In this document: positions 25,340 to 37,219 of the stretch, in pieces | Position numbering within the stretch: position 1 is the stretch's first letter | Layout of the letters: each line of letters starts with the position of its first letter | NCBI RefSeq assembly: GCF_018350175.1 | Contig: NC_058383.1 | Span: 6,946,001-7,010,000, forward strand | Length of the DNA stretch: 64,000 nucleotides | Direction of reading: 5' to 3' | DNA from: Felis catus | Taxonomy: Eukaryota | Notes under the pieces: generated by a model | What the model was told of the DNA's origin: nothing | The model's input: the letters and a program-made list of their open reading frames with translations, nothing else | Database searches by the model: none | Made by a program: the position numbers and the translations under genes

Positions 25340-25538
25340 GTATGTATGTATATATTTAAGTTTATTTATTTATTTTAAGAGAGAGAGTGTGAGCAGGGAA
25401 GTGGCAGAGAGAGAGAGGGAGAGAGAATCCCAAGCAAGCTCCATGCTATAAGCACAGAATCAGCACAATCTATGAGATGATGACCTGAGCTGAAAGCAAG
25501 AATTGGATGCTTAACCAATTGAGACACGCAGGTTCCCC
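25340..25538 (-). mobile_element. CAN-SINE, tail-to-tail with the previous one
   Basis: T-rich tail, (GA)n, degraded head. Confidence 0.85.
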
Positions 25539-26117
25539 TAGCAGTATCTTTATTTTTGTGGAGTTATGTCTGTTTCTCACATAGGAATGAAAGTGATAGA
25601 ATATGCTAGGTCTTAATGTCTTGTAGTTTTGGTGAATTGACTTACCTTCATTTGACTTCAGGTGAAGTGCCAGAAGCAAGCACTGCTCTTAAAGTCAGCT
25701 GCTCCAGGTATCAATGTTGTCATGGCCATGGCCACATTATCCAAACCTTGATCCTACCTTTTCCAGTGACTTACAAGTGGTCTACATCATTAAGCCTCAT
25801 GACCCTTTGTGTTATGTGACAAAAACTGGTACTAATGATTAATTGGACTATTTACAGAGTAATGTGACCTCTGCACTCTCCATGTTACTAAAATTTGAAG
25901 GAAGTTCTTCAAAAAGGAGATTATGCCATCATTCTTGCATTCCTTCAAAATCACCATGCCAACCATAGCCCTCTTAAGCCCAAGAATATAGAAACGAAGA
26001 AGTTGTGGCTCCTACCCAAGAGGATCTAATAAATTACTTGGAGACACAGAAACATAATTACTGTACATCCGGTGTGCCCCAGGTCCCCTGCTCCATCCCA
26101 TGAGAGGAGAAGGGATC

Positions 26118-26498
26118 AGTATTAATTTGCTGGGCTCCATAACAAAGTACCACAGACTGAGGAGCTTCATCTACAGAAGTTTATTCTCTCACAATACTGG
26201 AGGCCAGGAGTACAATCAAGTGGTTGGCAAGGTTGGTTCCATCTGTGGCCTCTCTCCATGGCTTGCAGATGACCATCTTCTCCATGTTTTCACATGGTCT
26301 TCCCTTTGTGGATGTTTGTGTCCTGATCTCCTCTTAGAAGGACACCAGTCATGTTGGATTAGGGTCCATGTTAGTGACCACATTTAACATCTTTTTCTTC
26401 ATAAAGACCACACTTCCAACTGCAATCATGTTTTGAATTGCTGGCAGTTAGTACTTCAACTTACAGATTTGGAAGGGACATAATTCAGCCTATATCAG
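26118..26498. mobile_element. MaLR (MLT1-type) LTR
   Basis: CATAACAAAGTACCACAGACTG..TTTATTCTCTCACA..CTGGAGGC..GGACATAATTCAGCC motifs typical of MLT1. Confidence 0.75.
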
Positions 26499-27764
26499 GA
26501 TCTGTGTAGAAACCCTATGGGCCTGCACATGACTATCACAGGAGGGCTGGGGACCTGCAGCAGTGAATGTGAACTCTCATCAAAGCTGGGTGGAGGGTGG
26601 GGCTGGATCCTGCATGCCAGTAAGAAGGGCCTAGGTCATCAGGGGCAACTCCCAGGCCTGATCGGAGAATGGACGCAGCTTAAGACCATCAAGGACCCTC
26701 TGTAGAACCAGGGCAGGGATCAGGTGTCACCTGTAAGGCCTAGGGTAGAGAGAGGATCTGAGGCCCACTTTTCTAGCCCAGAAGTCACACCCCCAAACAT
26801 TCTGAGCTCATTCTGGGAGGGGCAGAGAAAGGACAATGGGGGACAGGATCAGAAGACTGAACTCAGAAAACTTGTTACCCAAGTGACCAAGAAATTTATG
26901 AAGAAATTCCCCCTCCCCAATCTCACCCCAAAAAGGGTCTCATGGGGATGATGATGTCATCTGTGAAAAGCTAAAAAGCTACATTGTCTTCAAGCATCTG
27001 TGTATTTTCAAAAGCACTGTATCTCTCATGTCTGCAATTGGAACCATAACACTGTTGACCAACTAACAAAGATAAAAGAATCAGAGAACTGGAAAGAATC
27101 TCACCGTTCAAATCCAAGACTTTAATTTTACAGATTTCTCATTTAATCCTCCTAATAGCCCCTTGAGGAAACTGAGTCTCAGAGGGATTAATGACTTCCT
27201 CAAGGTGAGAGAGTAGAAAAGATGGTGTGTGGCTTCATTCACTATGCTGTGCTGCTTCCAGATGAACTCATTAATCCCAGACCCACAAAAGGCAGGGATG
27301 AGATGGACCTCCCAGACCCACAAAAGGCAGGGATGTTTTGAGGCTATTGTTGGCCCCACTGCTGTCCTCTCAGGGCCTACACACTGCCGAGCACACCATA
27401 GGTCTTTAGTAAAATATCTTGAGTCTGTTTGGGAAACACATATTGGAAATAGCACATGGACTCCACCAGTACCTCTCATCATCCTGTAATTTGGGGATTT
27501 CCCAGCATCAGCTATCAGGAGGTACATCTGAACCTCAAGCATGTATAGAAGGTCAGCAGGAAGGTTCTTGTTTTGGATTTTGTTCAGATCCACAAACATT
27601 TCCTAGGCACTGCTCTGGATCAGGTCCAAATGTGCCCTGTTGGTGGGGAAAAGTCAGACCCTTGAATAGATAGATTCAGTATGGTGGAAGGTCAGCCTCA
27701 GTGCTTTGAGAGCACAGAGAAGGAGCACTTGTCCCCAAAAATGGTTGGGAGGAGCTGATACCTG

Positions 27765-27885
27765 AAAAACTTATTTTCTAAAAAAATATTTTTAAATTTA
27801 TTTAAAAACTTATTTTACTAAAAAACTTATTTTACTAAAAAACTTATTTTACTAAAAACTTCTAAAAACTTATTTTACTAAAAAA
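27765..27885. repeat. AT-rich minisatellite, unit ~AAAAACTTATTTTACTA
   Basis: About 5-6 imperfect copies read directly. Confidence 0.85.
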
Positions 27886-28364
27886 ATCAAATGTATAGAT
27901 GTACATTCTTTAAAAAGTTGAACAGTGCTAATAGTAGTTTTAACAAAACCAGTGGCATCTTTCTCCACCTGACATCTTTCTTGGTTTTCTCCCTCATTTC
28001 TGTAGAGGCCATCTCCTTGTAGCTCTCAGAAGAATAATGAAGAGGAGTTAATTTTTGTTAAAGAATGTGCATTTCTGAATATATCTCTGCTCTACCCTCA
28101 TGCTTGATGGATGATTTGAGCATAGAATTGCTTGATGGATGATTTGAGCTAGAAGTTTCTCCATGAACTTGTAGACATAGGGACTTGTCTCTACTATTGC
28201 TGTTGAGAAGATTCTGCCCTTCTGGTTTCTGATTCCTTGTACTTGACCTGGGTCTTGCTCCCCTCACTCTTTCTGCAAGCATTTAGGATTTTCTTTTTCT
28301 CCCTGGTGTCTGAAAGTTCATGACAATGTGCCTTCATGAATCTGCTGTCATCCGTTATTCTAGG

Positions 28365-28530
28365 CAGAGCTGTCCAAGAGACCTTTCTGCAATGATGCAA
28401 ATGTTCTGTATCTGTGTTGTCCAATATGGTTGTCTCCAGCCACATGGGGGTATTGTGCACTTGAAATGTGGCTGGAGTGGTGAGGAATTGCATTTCTGAT
28501 TTTTTCTGTTTTTAAATAAATTTATATTGA
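28365..28530. mobile_element. MER3-like hAT-Charlie DNA transposon relic
   Basis: CTGTCCAA..TTTCTGCAATGATG..GTCCAATATGG..CACTTGAAATGTGGCT; a similar relic lies at ~54890-55100. Confidence 0.7.
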
Positions 28531-31500
28531 AATCTAACCACATTTTGTTCAAGGGCTATAGTGGGTGGTGCAGTGCATTGGACTTTCAATCTGGAGACTT
28601 TTGCTCTTCAGTTCTGGGAAATTTTCTTGAATTATTTCATTGTATGTAGTCTCTGTTCTAAAATCCCTATTGGTCAGATGATAGAACTCATGGTATTATT
28701 CTCTAATTTTCCTGTATTTTCCCTCCTATTTTTTGGAGTGAAGTAGTTACATAAAACTAACCTAGTGAACATGTGTTCATTTAAAGTATTATATTTTATC
28801 CTTTATTGATCTGTTTGCATTAATATTATTTCTTAAAATATTATGTTTGAATACAGTTTAAAATTTATATGATTAGTGAGATTTTGGGCAATTTGTGCTC
28901 AAGTGGAATGCCTCACTCAGATTGCTCTGGTCATAGTTCTGCCTGGAAATCCAAACTGAATTTTATAAAAATACTGTGTTGCTAAGGAGGGAATGAGCTC
29001 TCCTTACTCCTTTTGTTTGGTTCTTTTTGGGGGTTAGCTTTTATTGACCTACAAGGCACTCTACTTAGGGAACTGTTTAGAGACAAATTCTGCCCACTAG
29101 GAGAAAGGGGATGAGACGAATCTCATCCCAGTTGGGCTTTAGATCCTATAGAGTGAGAAAATACGAGGTGTGGTGGTTCTGCTCCAACCCCTGTGTTTAC
29201 ACAACTGGACAGGCACTGTAGGCTGAATGAAGTCCAGGAAATGAAGTCTCTAAACATTAACATTCTCAGTTGCTCCTCACAGGCAAGGAGGTAAAAAGAG
29301 CCATTTAAACATAATCAGTAAGAAGGAAAAAAGTAAACAGTCCACATCCACCAAACACCCAACCTTTTAAGTATGTTCTAATTAAAACTTGAAGTCAAGT
29401 GTCCTCCTCTTGCTAAAAGAAAATATGTTACATTATTTAGAGTTATTTTATAACTCTTGCCCTCTCTCACCCTTGGACTAAACTATTTTAAGGGTTCATG
29501 TGGAGTGACCGTTTCTAAAAGGCCTGCAGAGGGTCTGGTATCTGGCTTAGCAAAGTCACCAGATATACCAAATACTATTACTTTATTGCAGGTATCTTGA
29601 TTTTAGCTCAATGTTTGTGTGGTTATTGGTTTAGTCTCTCTCCCTGTTAGAGTGTTGGGTTCATATAGTCTATATAGTCTTGGCCCAGGGACTGAATGCA
29701 GCAAGTGTAGAGCCCACCCAACATCTAATGACAATGGGAGAGGTGCCCACCTCCTCCAATGCCAGGATATTCACAACCTGTCACTTTCTCACCACTCCCA
29801 CACAAACTGTAGGGCCCAGACACCCACACTTAAATACCACCTGGTTACCTGGAATTGGCAAGATCAAGTTTGGCCTTACTGAGAAGAATGGGAGTTTTCC
29901 CAGTTAGGAACAGACACTTAACCTTTCCTTCATTTTTGCACACTTGAGACTATGATCTGTGAAATTTGAATGTGATGCACAGATCATTCCAGGGCAACAC
30001 TGCTTCCCCTACTGTGAGCACTTCTCTTGGCCTATGGAAGTCAGGCCTGCTTCCCCAAGGAGATGTCCTGTGAGCTAACAATACAAAGGGATGAGAATAT
30101 TAGACAGCTGGGTTCTCTGCATCCCTGAGTCCTGATAACTTATTCACCTACACTGATATCTGAGCCTAAGTCTTCCCTAAATATTATTCAATTCAATTTT
30201 GACCAGTAGCTAAGGAGACTAAGGAAGCTGATAAATCCTTCACTGTTAAGGAGGATGCATAGTTATTCTTACTTGGCTGTACTATAATTATCTTAGTTTT
30301 CTCTATCTTCAACTTGAAAGATATCTGAGTCTGAGATCTGTTTTTACCACATGCATTTGGAACAGAGTTTGGAAAGTTCATGATGAGCGTATTAGTATAG
30401 GAAGTAGATGAGAGCCATGGAGTCTATGGGGTGTTCTTCTGACACACAGTGTCTTCTTTCATACAAACTCTGAGGATGCTTCAAACTCTGAGGATGCGAG
30501 TCTTGTCATGGCAGGTGTTCCTTTGTGGAGAACAATGGGGCACAAAGCTCATGCCTCTATTATTCTCCCTTGCAGACAAAGCCATCTGCATTGGTTCAGT
30601 GCTGGCTGCATTGTAGTTCCCAGCAATGACAAGCCTATCACTTTTGGGATAGATTTCAACCAGCTGCAGTAGACTCTGAGGTGAAGAGGGTAGGCAGATG
30701 CTCATTTTAAGCTTAGTTATGAAATAATCATAGCTGAGCATGGGGTTTGGAGAAGGATAAAAGTCTATTAGTTCTCACAGAGGCTTGGTTTCCAAGTACA
30801 ATAAAAAAGGCTTTGTGTTTAGTTGAGAGCATTAAGTTGTCAAGAATTATCAAATGACAGGAATCGTTCCTTGATTCTTTGTACCTCTCTGCTGGGGAAC
30901 AATACTCTTAGTACCATCTTGGCTAGCATCTGTATTCCCTGCTAAGATGAAGCAGAGTTCTTTGTTCTGGAATTATGAGGGAGCTGCTGTGCAGGTAGCC
31001 AAGGATATAGGGACAGAAATTTAACCAGTTCACTGTTGCAGACTTGGGTCTATTTCCCAAGTAGGGACCCTTATCAGGGAAGGGCAAACATTGAATATCA
31101 GTATTGCTGAGCACAGTCTCCCTTTATGTTCACTTATTTACAATAGTTTTTGTGATCAATGGCTGTTGGAAATACAATTGCAGTCACTGAATCTCAGTCT
31201 AACATCTGTAAACAGGGTAATAGCATGGCCCTATGGAATGGTGCCCAATGAAGGCACCAAAAGGGGGCAGAAATATTTCAGAATTCCTGGGACTTTCTCT
31301 TCTACTTTTCCTGGGGATCATCTTCCAGCTTCCCATGTCTGTCCTGTGTTGGTATTCCAGCTTGGGGCCATTTATTTCTTAAATGGAGCAGGGCTCCATT
31401 GTCCCAGAGATTCCAGAAGTATGCCATGCAATCCATGGTTTCTCAGGACATGCAGACACAGAACATGAGTCAGAGTGATGAAAATGAGCTGATATAATTT

Positions 31501-32074
31501 CCAGAGGCTATGTCCTCATACCTCTCCCAGCAGGTAAGTGGCAAGGTCATCAGTGATCTTCCCACAGGGATATTAGGAAGCCCAGTAATTTCACTTCTAC
31601 CAACTCAAGTCCATCAACCTTTCTGGATGCCCCCCTGAGCATATATACTTTTGGGACATAATGTTGGTAAGTACCCAGACTGTGCCCTTGAGAAGCTCTC
31701 TCTCTGTAAGGTAAATGGGTGTAGAGACCAATGATAGGGATGGAGGGTACAGAGAACTGGGGCTCATGGGACAGAAATTTCCCAGGGCAGGAGGTTGGCG
31801 AGGACAGACTCTAACAGAGGAGATTCTGTTAGAGCTGGGTTTGAAGGATGAGTAGGATCCTTCTAGGTGGCCCAGGGACATTTTTAGGCAGAGGAAACTA
31901 CATGGGTAAAGATGAGTAGACCCAGCTTGTGTGAAGGGTTTCAAGTGTTTAAGGGTACAGACAGTCATGGTGACAAGGGCAACTTAGAGATTTAAGGACA
32001 ATGGTTTTACGTGAACTTCTGTAACCTTTGGGATTACTGATAACACTGATTGTTTATTGATTTCCCACAAAATA

Positions 32075-32092
32075 TTGACTCAAAGGAGGTCA
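32075..32092 (+). promoter_or_regulatory. Homolog of the CYP3A proximal ER6 (PXR/CAR element) with a variant 5' half-site
   Basis: TTGACT-caaagg-AGGTCA versus human CYP3A4 TGAACT-caaagg-AGGTCA, at the equivalent promoter position. Confidence 0.85.
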
Positions 32093-32169
32093 AACTGGGA
32101 ATGTCCATGATGCTTTGCCAACGCTCATGGGTGTAGAGCACCTACAGGTGGAGCACCAGTGGCCCTTCT

Positions 32170-32211
32170 ATTGGCTGTAGCTCCAGCCCCGCCCCCTCTT
32201 CACTATATATA
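32170..32211 (+). promoter_or_regulatory. Gene B core promoter: inverted CCAAT, GC box/BTE and TATA
   Basis: ATTGG 32170-32174, CCCCGCCCCC 32187-32196, TATATATA 32204-32211, followed by CTCACTGAATCAC as in CYP3A 5' ends. Confidence 0.82.
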
Positions 32212-32327
32212 TTCCAGGCTCACTGAATCACCGCTGGTGGGAAGGAAAGCTCCACACGCACAGGCCAGCACAGACTGGCGCACACTGCTGAAAGAGAGTA
32301 GAGGAGATTGGCAGAGGGAAGGTGGCC

Positions 32328-32398
32328 ATGGACCTGATCCCAAGCTTTTCCATAGAAGCCTGGCTTCTTCTGGCTACCAGCCTGGTGCTCCTCTATCT
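32328..32398 (+). CDS. CYP3A: CYP3A gene B exon 1 (membrane anchor)
   Basis: GCCATGG Kozak; MDLIPSFSIEAWLLLATSLVLLYL; 71 bp, donor GTGAGT. Confidence 0.97.
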
Positions 32399-32682
32399 GT
32401 GAGTAACTGTTCAGGCTCATCGCCTCTGGAACCTTGCTAATTAGCAACCTCTACCCCTTTTTCTTTTCTGCTCTGTGGATGAAGAGTTAACAAAAGGAAG
32501 TTCCTGAAGTGTTGGGTGCTTCAAACAAGCTAGAAACACATAAGGGGTTATTATTGACCTCACCCAGATCTGCAAAAGGAGTACCCCCATACCCCAACTC
32601 CAATTTCTGTAGCTAGGAGGGCTGAGAGACATTATTTTCTCCTGGGATGATCTTCTGTTTCACTACCAGTTGGGACGTAAAC

Positions 32683-33139
32683 TGTCGCGACCGGCGTGAC
32701 AAACACCGAGGTCAGGGTCCTGAGGGTAGGGGAATGTAAGAAAAAAAGAGAAGAGAAAGTTTGGGAACAGGAGGGCCCCCTGGGCTGATGGCCCAAGTGA
32801 CGGCTTTATTGTTGCTGTACACAATATTTTATAATATAAGACTCTTATGGATCAGGTCATTCTAAGAATAATCAGGTTTCACATGATCACTGCCATCTAA
32901 AACATTTAGCTCTGTGTACCTTGTGAACTTTCTGAACGGGTCACAAGACCTTGTTGATAGATTGCTAGCAAAACACAATTCCCATGTTTGTTTCTATCTG
33001 ACTCGGGGTAGAAAAAGGGAGGTAGCATTACTGCCAACACCTGCAGACCACAGGCTTCAGGAACTTTCTCAGCCTTGACAAGGCTTTCGTATGCCCTTGA
33101 AAGTGGGGGAATGGGAGGGGGAACCACCAGCCCCCCACA
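32683..33139 (-). mobile_element. Solo LTR, class II (betaretrovirus-like) ERV, antisense in intron 1
   Basis: 457 bp with TG...CA ends and a perfect 6-bp TSD GTAAAC (32677-32682, 33140-33145). Minus strand begins TGTGGGGGG and has TATAAAA (32827-32833) closely followed by AATAAA (32805-32810). Confidence 0.88.
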
Positions 33140-34841
33140 GTAAACCTATCAAGCAAAATTCACCTGAGGAAGATTAAGATCAACAGACCCCTGTGCTGTG
33201 GAGTCCTCACCCCATCCCAAGATCTGGGGATTCTGGAGGCAGAGGGAGTAGCTTGGGTCTTGTCTCATTATCTTCACCTTCCTGGTCTTTGTCTGCTGCA
33301 GGACATGTGTAAAAGGATTGGGCCTGTGTCTCTCAGGTGGCTCCTGCTCCCCTCCCTCCCACCACCAAGCATCATGTACACAAATCACTGGTACACTCAG
33401 ACTTCCAGGGGGGCTGGATGTGCCTCACCTTCCTCTTCAGAATGGACTCTTCCCTCTTTTCTGTGCCCCTCTCCTGGCCACTCCCCGACCTTGTAATATG
33501 CAGAACTCCTTACCCTAAATGAGTACCTTTAGAGCTGAAGAGACTTGGCAGAAATCTTGAAATTCTATTCATTTCAGGTTTTCCTTCTAGTGTCTGGGAA
33601 GTTTAGCATCAGTATAGAGATTTCTTCCTCCCTCAATGTGAAATCTGCCAGCAGGCTGCAAAGACATAGCCCTGAAAGCAAATTTGGATATTAAATATGT
33701 TTTTTCCCTCTATGTTACAGTACAGGAGGAAAATCAAAATCATTAGCAGAGGAATTCCTTTCAGTGGTGGGTTTCCCAGTATCCTGAAGCAGGTTGGGAA
33801 AGGACTTAGTTTCCAGTTGTGGGTAGGGATGGTCCCCTCTATGTCACATTTGACCTCTATCTCAATTTCGCTTTCTTTAAGAATAGAAAGGCATGAGGAT
33901 GTGAACATAGGACATATAAGCCTGATTTTCATTTTCTGAGAGAAAGGTTAGGAATGCTGGGTGTGACAACATGTTCTGTCCCAATGACATTTAAATGTAA
34001 TTGATGTAGTTTAATTTCATTCTTTTTAATACTAGGGTTTTTACTGAGATAAGACTATTTCCAGCTTGTTCTTTCTGAAGTCTAAAAGGAGGCTGTTAGT
34101 TTAGCCTTTGTGATTATAATGGTGCATAAATAACTTCAGCCTTCTAGAGTCATGTTGGGAATATTAATTTAGTGTACACATGCATACTTCTATGATATAG
34201 GTTGTGTATATGTTTACAAGTGCCCAGCAGGTTATTTTAACCTCTCATCACAGGCAAGTAGTAAGACAGCCTGTGCTGATGTGAGAGGCATCCAGGGCTC
34301 AGAATGGAGTGGGAGAGTATTCCTCCCTCATAACAGATCTTCTAGAGATACTCCTTGGTTCTGGTCCCACAGGAGGTCATCACAGGACCACAGGATTAGC
34401 ATCTCATCTGCTTGGGGCCAGGGAACAGGGATACCATGTGAGTCATACTGTGTCTGTTCTATCTGGCAGTGGGGCTGTCACTGGTCTTTGCCACCAGGCA
34501 AACAGTATGTTATACTTAAAAGACACTGGTGTAGTCAAGAGTCAGTAGCTGTAGACAGGGCCCTCTGTCTATCAGTGCAATGTAAAGGCACTAAAAATGA
34601 GTCACTTTACTGTTAGCCCCTTCATTTGTACCAACAGCAGCATTACTCTACCAAAAAGAGAGAAGCTGGAATGAATCAGAAAAATTCATCTAGCTCCACC
34701 TCTGCATTGTATTGGAGCCCTGTGAGTTTAGACCAGATCTTGCCTTGTGACCAGTGTTGCTGACACATTCACTCAATTGTTTGGCCTCACTTGGGAGTTG
34801 AATTATCATGTTGATGGTCCAGAAGCCAGAATTGATTTTTT

Positions 34842-35051
34842 TAAAAATTTTTAAACGTTTATTTATTTTGGAGACAAGAGAGACAGAGCACAAGTGGGGG
34901 AGGGGCAGAGAAAGCCAGAGACAGGATCTGAAGCAGGCTGCAGGCTCTGAGCTGTCACCACAGAGCCCGATGCGGGCCTCAAACCCACAACCATGAGATC
35001 ATGACCTGAGCCAAAGTCAGACACTCAACCAACTGAGCCACCCAGGTGCTC
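34842..35051 (-). mobile_element. CAN-SINE
   Basis: TSD CCAGAATTGATTTTTT at 34826-34841 and 35052-35067. Confidence 0.94.
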
Positions 35052-36063
35052 CCAGAATTGATTTTTTTGTGTTGGTGATGGCCACCCGTACTCCTGACAT
35101 CTGGTGCACATGTGTCAAAGTGTTCTAGAAGAAGGATCTAAATATCCAGCTGGGTCGGGTTAAGGTCTCTCTGCTGGGTCCCTCAAACATGTCCCTTCCT
35201 GCAATTTGGGGAGTTTATTTAATCACGTAATATTAGAAATGCTGGATGTGCCCAAAATACTTGGTACCTGTACTGTCTAAAATGCTAGCTTAGAAGAGGA
35301 GATGAGGAATATCTCTGGAACATTTTGTCCTTATTCATTTTATGTTGCATAACACGTATTCTGCTATGAACTGGAGGTATGTGAACTTTGGAAGGCTCCC
35401 TATCTGTTAGCTGAAAGCACTTGCAGGGTATGTAACCATTTCTACTTAGCATCCTTTCCCACCACTTTCTTAATTTGCCTCTATGGGGTTAGCCCTGTAG
35501 GCCTAGCGGGTTTATGGTTAAAACGGTGTTGGCAGCCTCCCCTCCTCCACTCTGCTATTTCTCAGCAACACCTAACAGTAAGGCTTGCAAGGATCCAGAA
35601 CCCCCAGTTGTGGGATTCCACAGGCAACTCCTGAAGGATGAATTGCAGGCAGTCCTGTATTAGGGAGCACCATCTGTAATGGACTTTTGAGATGGTTGAT
35701 GCACAGAGTCAGTAAACTTAGTGACCATCTTGAAAAATTGAGCGGGCCTTGCAGTGTGCTGAACAGATGAGTATCTCAGGTCAGAGGACCAGATTCCACA
35801 GGGGGAAGAATAGCCTGGGGATGGATTGTTTACTTACTGATCCTTTAATATGGCATTCATTTGGGCACATATGGGTCAATCCCCCTTCTCTGTAGCTGAA
35901 GAGAACCAGAATGCCTGACAACAGAGACTTGGGTGGACCTGATGGGATCTCACTTTTTAGTGAGGCCAGTTGAGCCTTTGACACAGTTTTCATTGTACAG
36001 AAATAAGAACACTGTGGTTGCTCAAGACTTCTGTGAAGATAGACTTAAGAAGGGCATGATCCA

Positions 36064-36312
36064 GGGGCGCCTGAGTGGCTAAGTTAGTTGAGCGTCTGAC
36101 TTTGGCTCAGGTTATGATCTCACTGCTTGTGTGTTCAAGCCCCTGTGTCAAGCTCTGTGCTGATAGCTCAGAGCCTGGAGCCTGCTTCAGATTCTGTCTC
36201 CATTTCTCTGCCCCTCCCCTGCTCATGCTCTGTCTCTCTCTCTCTCTCTCTCTCAAATATAAAATAAAACGTTTAAAAAAAAACGTTTATAAAATGTTTA
36301 AAAAATTTTTTA
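36064..36312 (+). mobile_element. CAN-SINE
   Basis: TSD AAGAAGGGCATGATCCA / AAGAAGGACCTGATCCA. Confidence 0.92.
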
Positions 36313-36858
36313 AAGAAGGACCTGATCCAAAACACCAACAGGGACTACAATGAAGGAAAAGCAGAAAGGTCTCTCTGAGGAAACTGCTAAGAACATTTTA
36401 TTGGTAGACTCTCAGTAACCGTCTGGTATTGAGTGGATATATTTAGTAAAATATCATCATTCATCAGAGCAGGAAAAAAATTTTCTCTTTCTCATTCTTT
36501 GGAGAGTGACAAGCTCCAAAGTCATGGCGGTGTCACTTACTAAATAGGCATGAGTGAATTTTCTGGAAGAATTCAGCATGAACCTTGTAGGAGCTCTCAA
36601 TATGGAAGCATTTATCAAATGTTCAGTCTAGGATTTGGGATGATGAAGTTTCCAGCTGCTTTTAGCTAATCATCATTCTTTGTGGGTCTCACAGTGGAGA
36701 TGGGAAAGGAGATGATGAGTGAATGTAATTATTGCTGTTTGGATTGCTGTTACTATTTCTTGACTACATGTTACCTCCTCTCTTACCTGTTCTAGTTGTA
36801 TCAGTGACTGGCCAGTCTCCACACCTATTTCACCATTGCTTTCTCTTTCACTTTACAG

Positions 36859-36952
36859 ATATGGGACCTACACACATGGACTTTTTAAGAAGCTCGGAAT
36901 TCCTGGGCCAAAACCTCTGCCTTTTGTGGGAACGGCTCTGGGGTACCGTCAG
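36859..36952 (+). CDS. CYP3A: CYP3A gene B exon 2
   Basis: 94 bp; [35 protein letters not shown]. Confidence 0.97.
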
Positions 36953-36971
36953 GTGGGTGCTGTTTGAGCTC

Positions 36972-37219
36972 CCAGCTCCCTCTTTTGCTTCTTATGGTTG
37001 CAAATCCCAGCTTAGTTCCATATTAAAAATACTCCTCCTCAGCAGGAAGTTCTTAGGTTTCAGACTCTCCAGAAATGGTGTCATAGTCTCCACCCAGCCT
37101 CCTCTTTTGCTTCCTATGGTTGCAAATCCCAGCTTAGTTCCATAGTAAACATGATCCTCCTCAGGAGGAAGTCTTGGGTTTCAAACTCTCCGGAAATGGT
37201 ATTACAGGCCCTACCCAGC
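36972..37219. repeat. ~122-bp tandem duplication at the start of intron 2
   Basis: CTCTTTTGCTTC.TATGGTTGCAAATCCCAGCTTAGTTCCATA...GAAATGGT...ACCCAGC occurs twice. Confidence 0.9.

Larger units (their letters stand above)
24590..25560 (+). mobile_element. Probable degraded ERV1-type LTR carrying two SINEs near its 3' end
   Basis: TTTATAACC box, GCAATTCTCT..CCTGAATAA..GGTAAAACAACTGGCAGC end motif; family assignment by recall only. Confidence 0.45.

Noticed and set aside
27765..27885. Repeat array superficially like CRISPR
   Set aside because: No unique spacers, eukaryotic context; a simple minisatellite.
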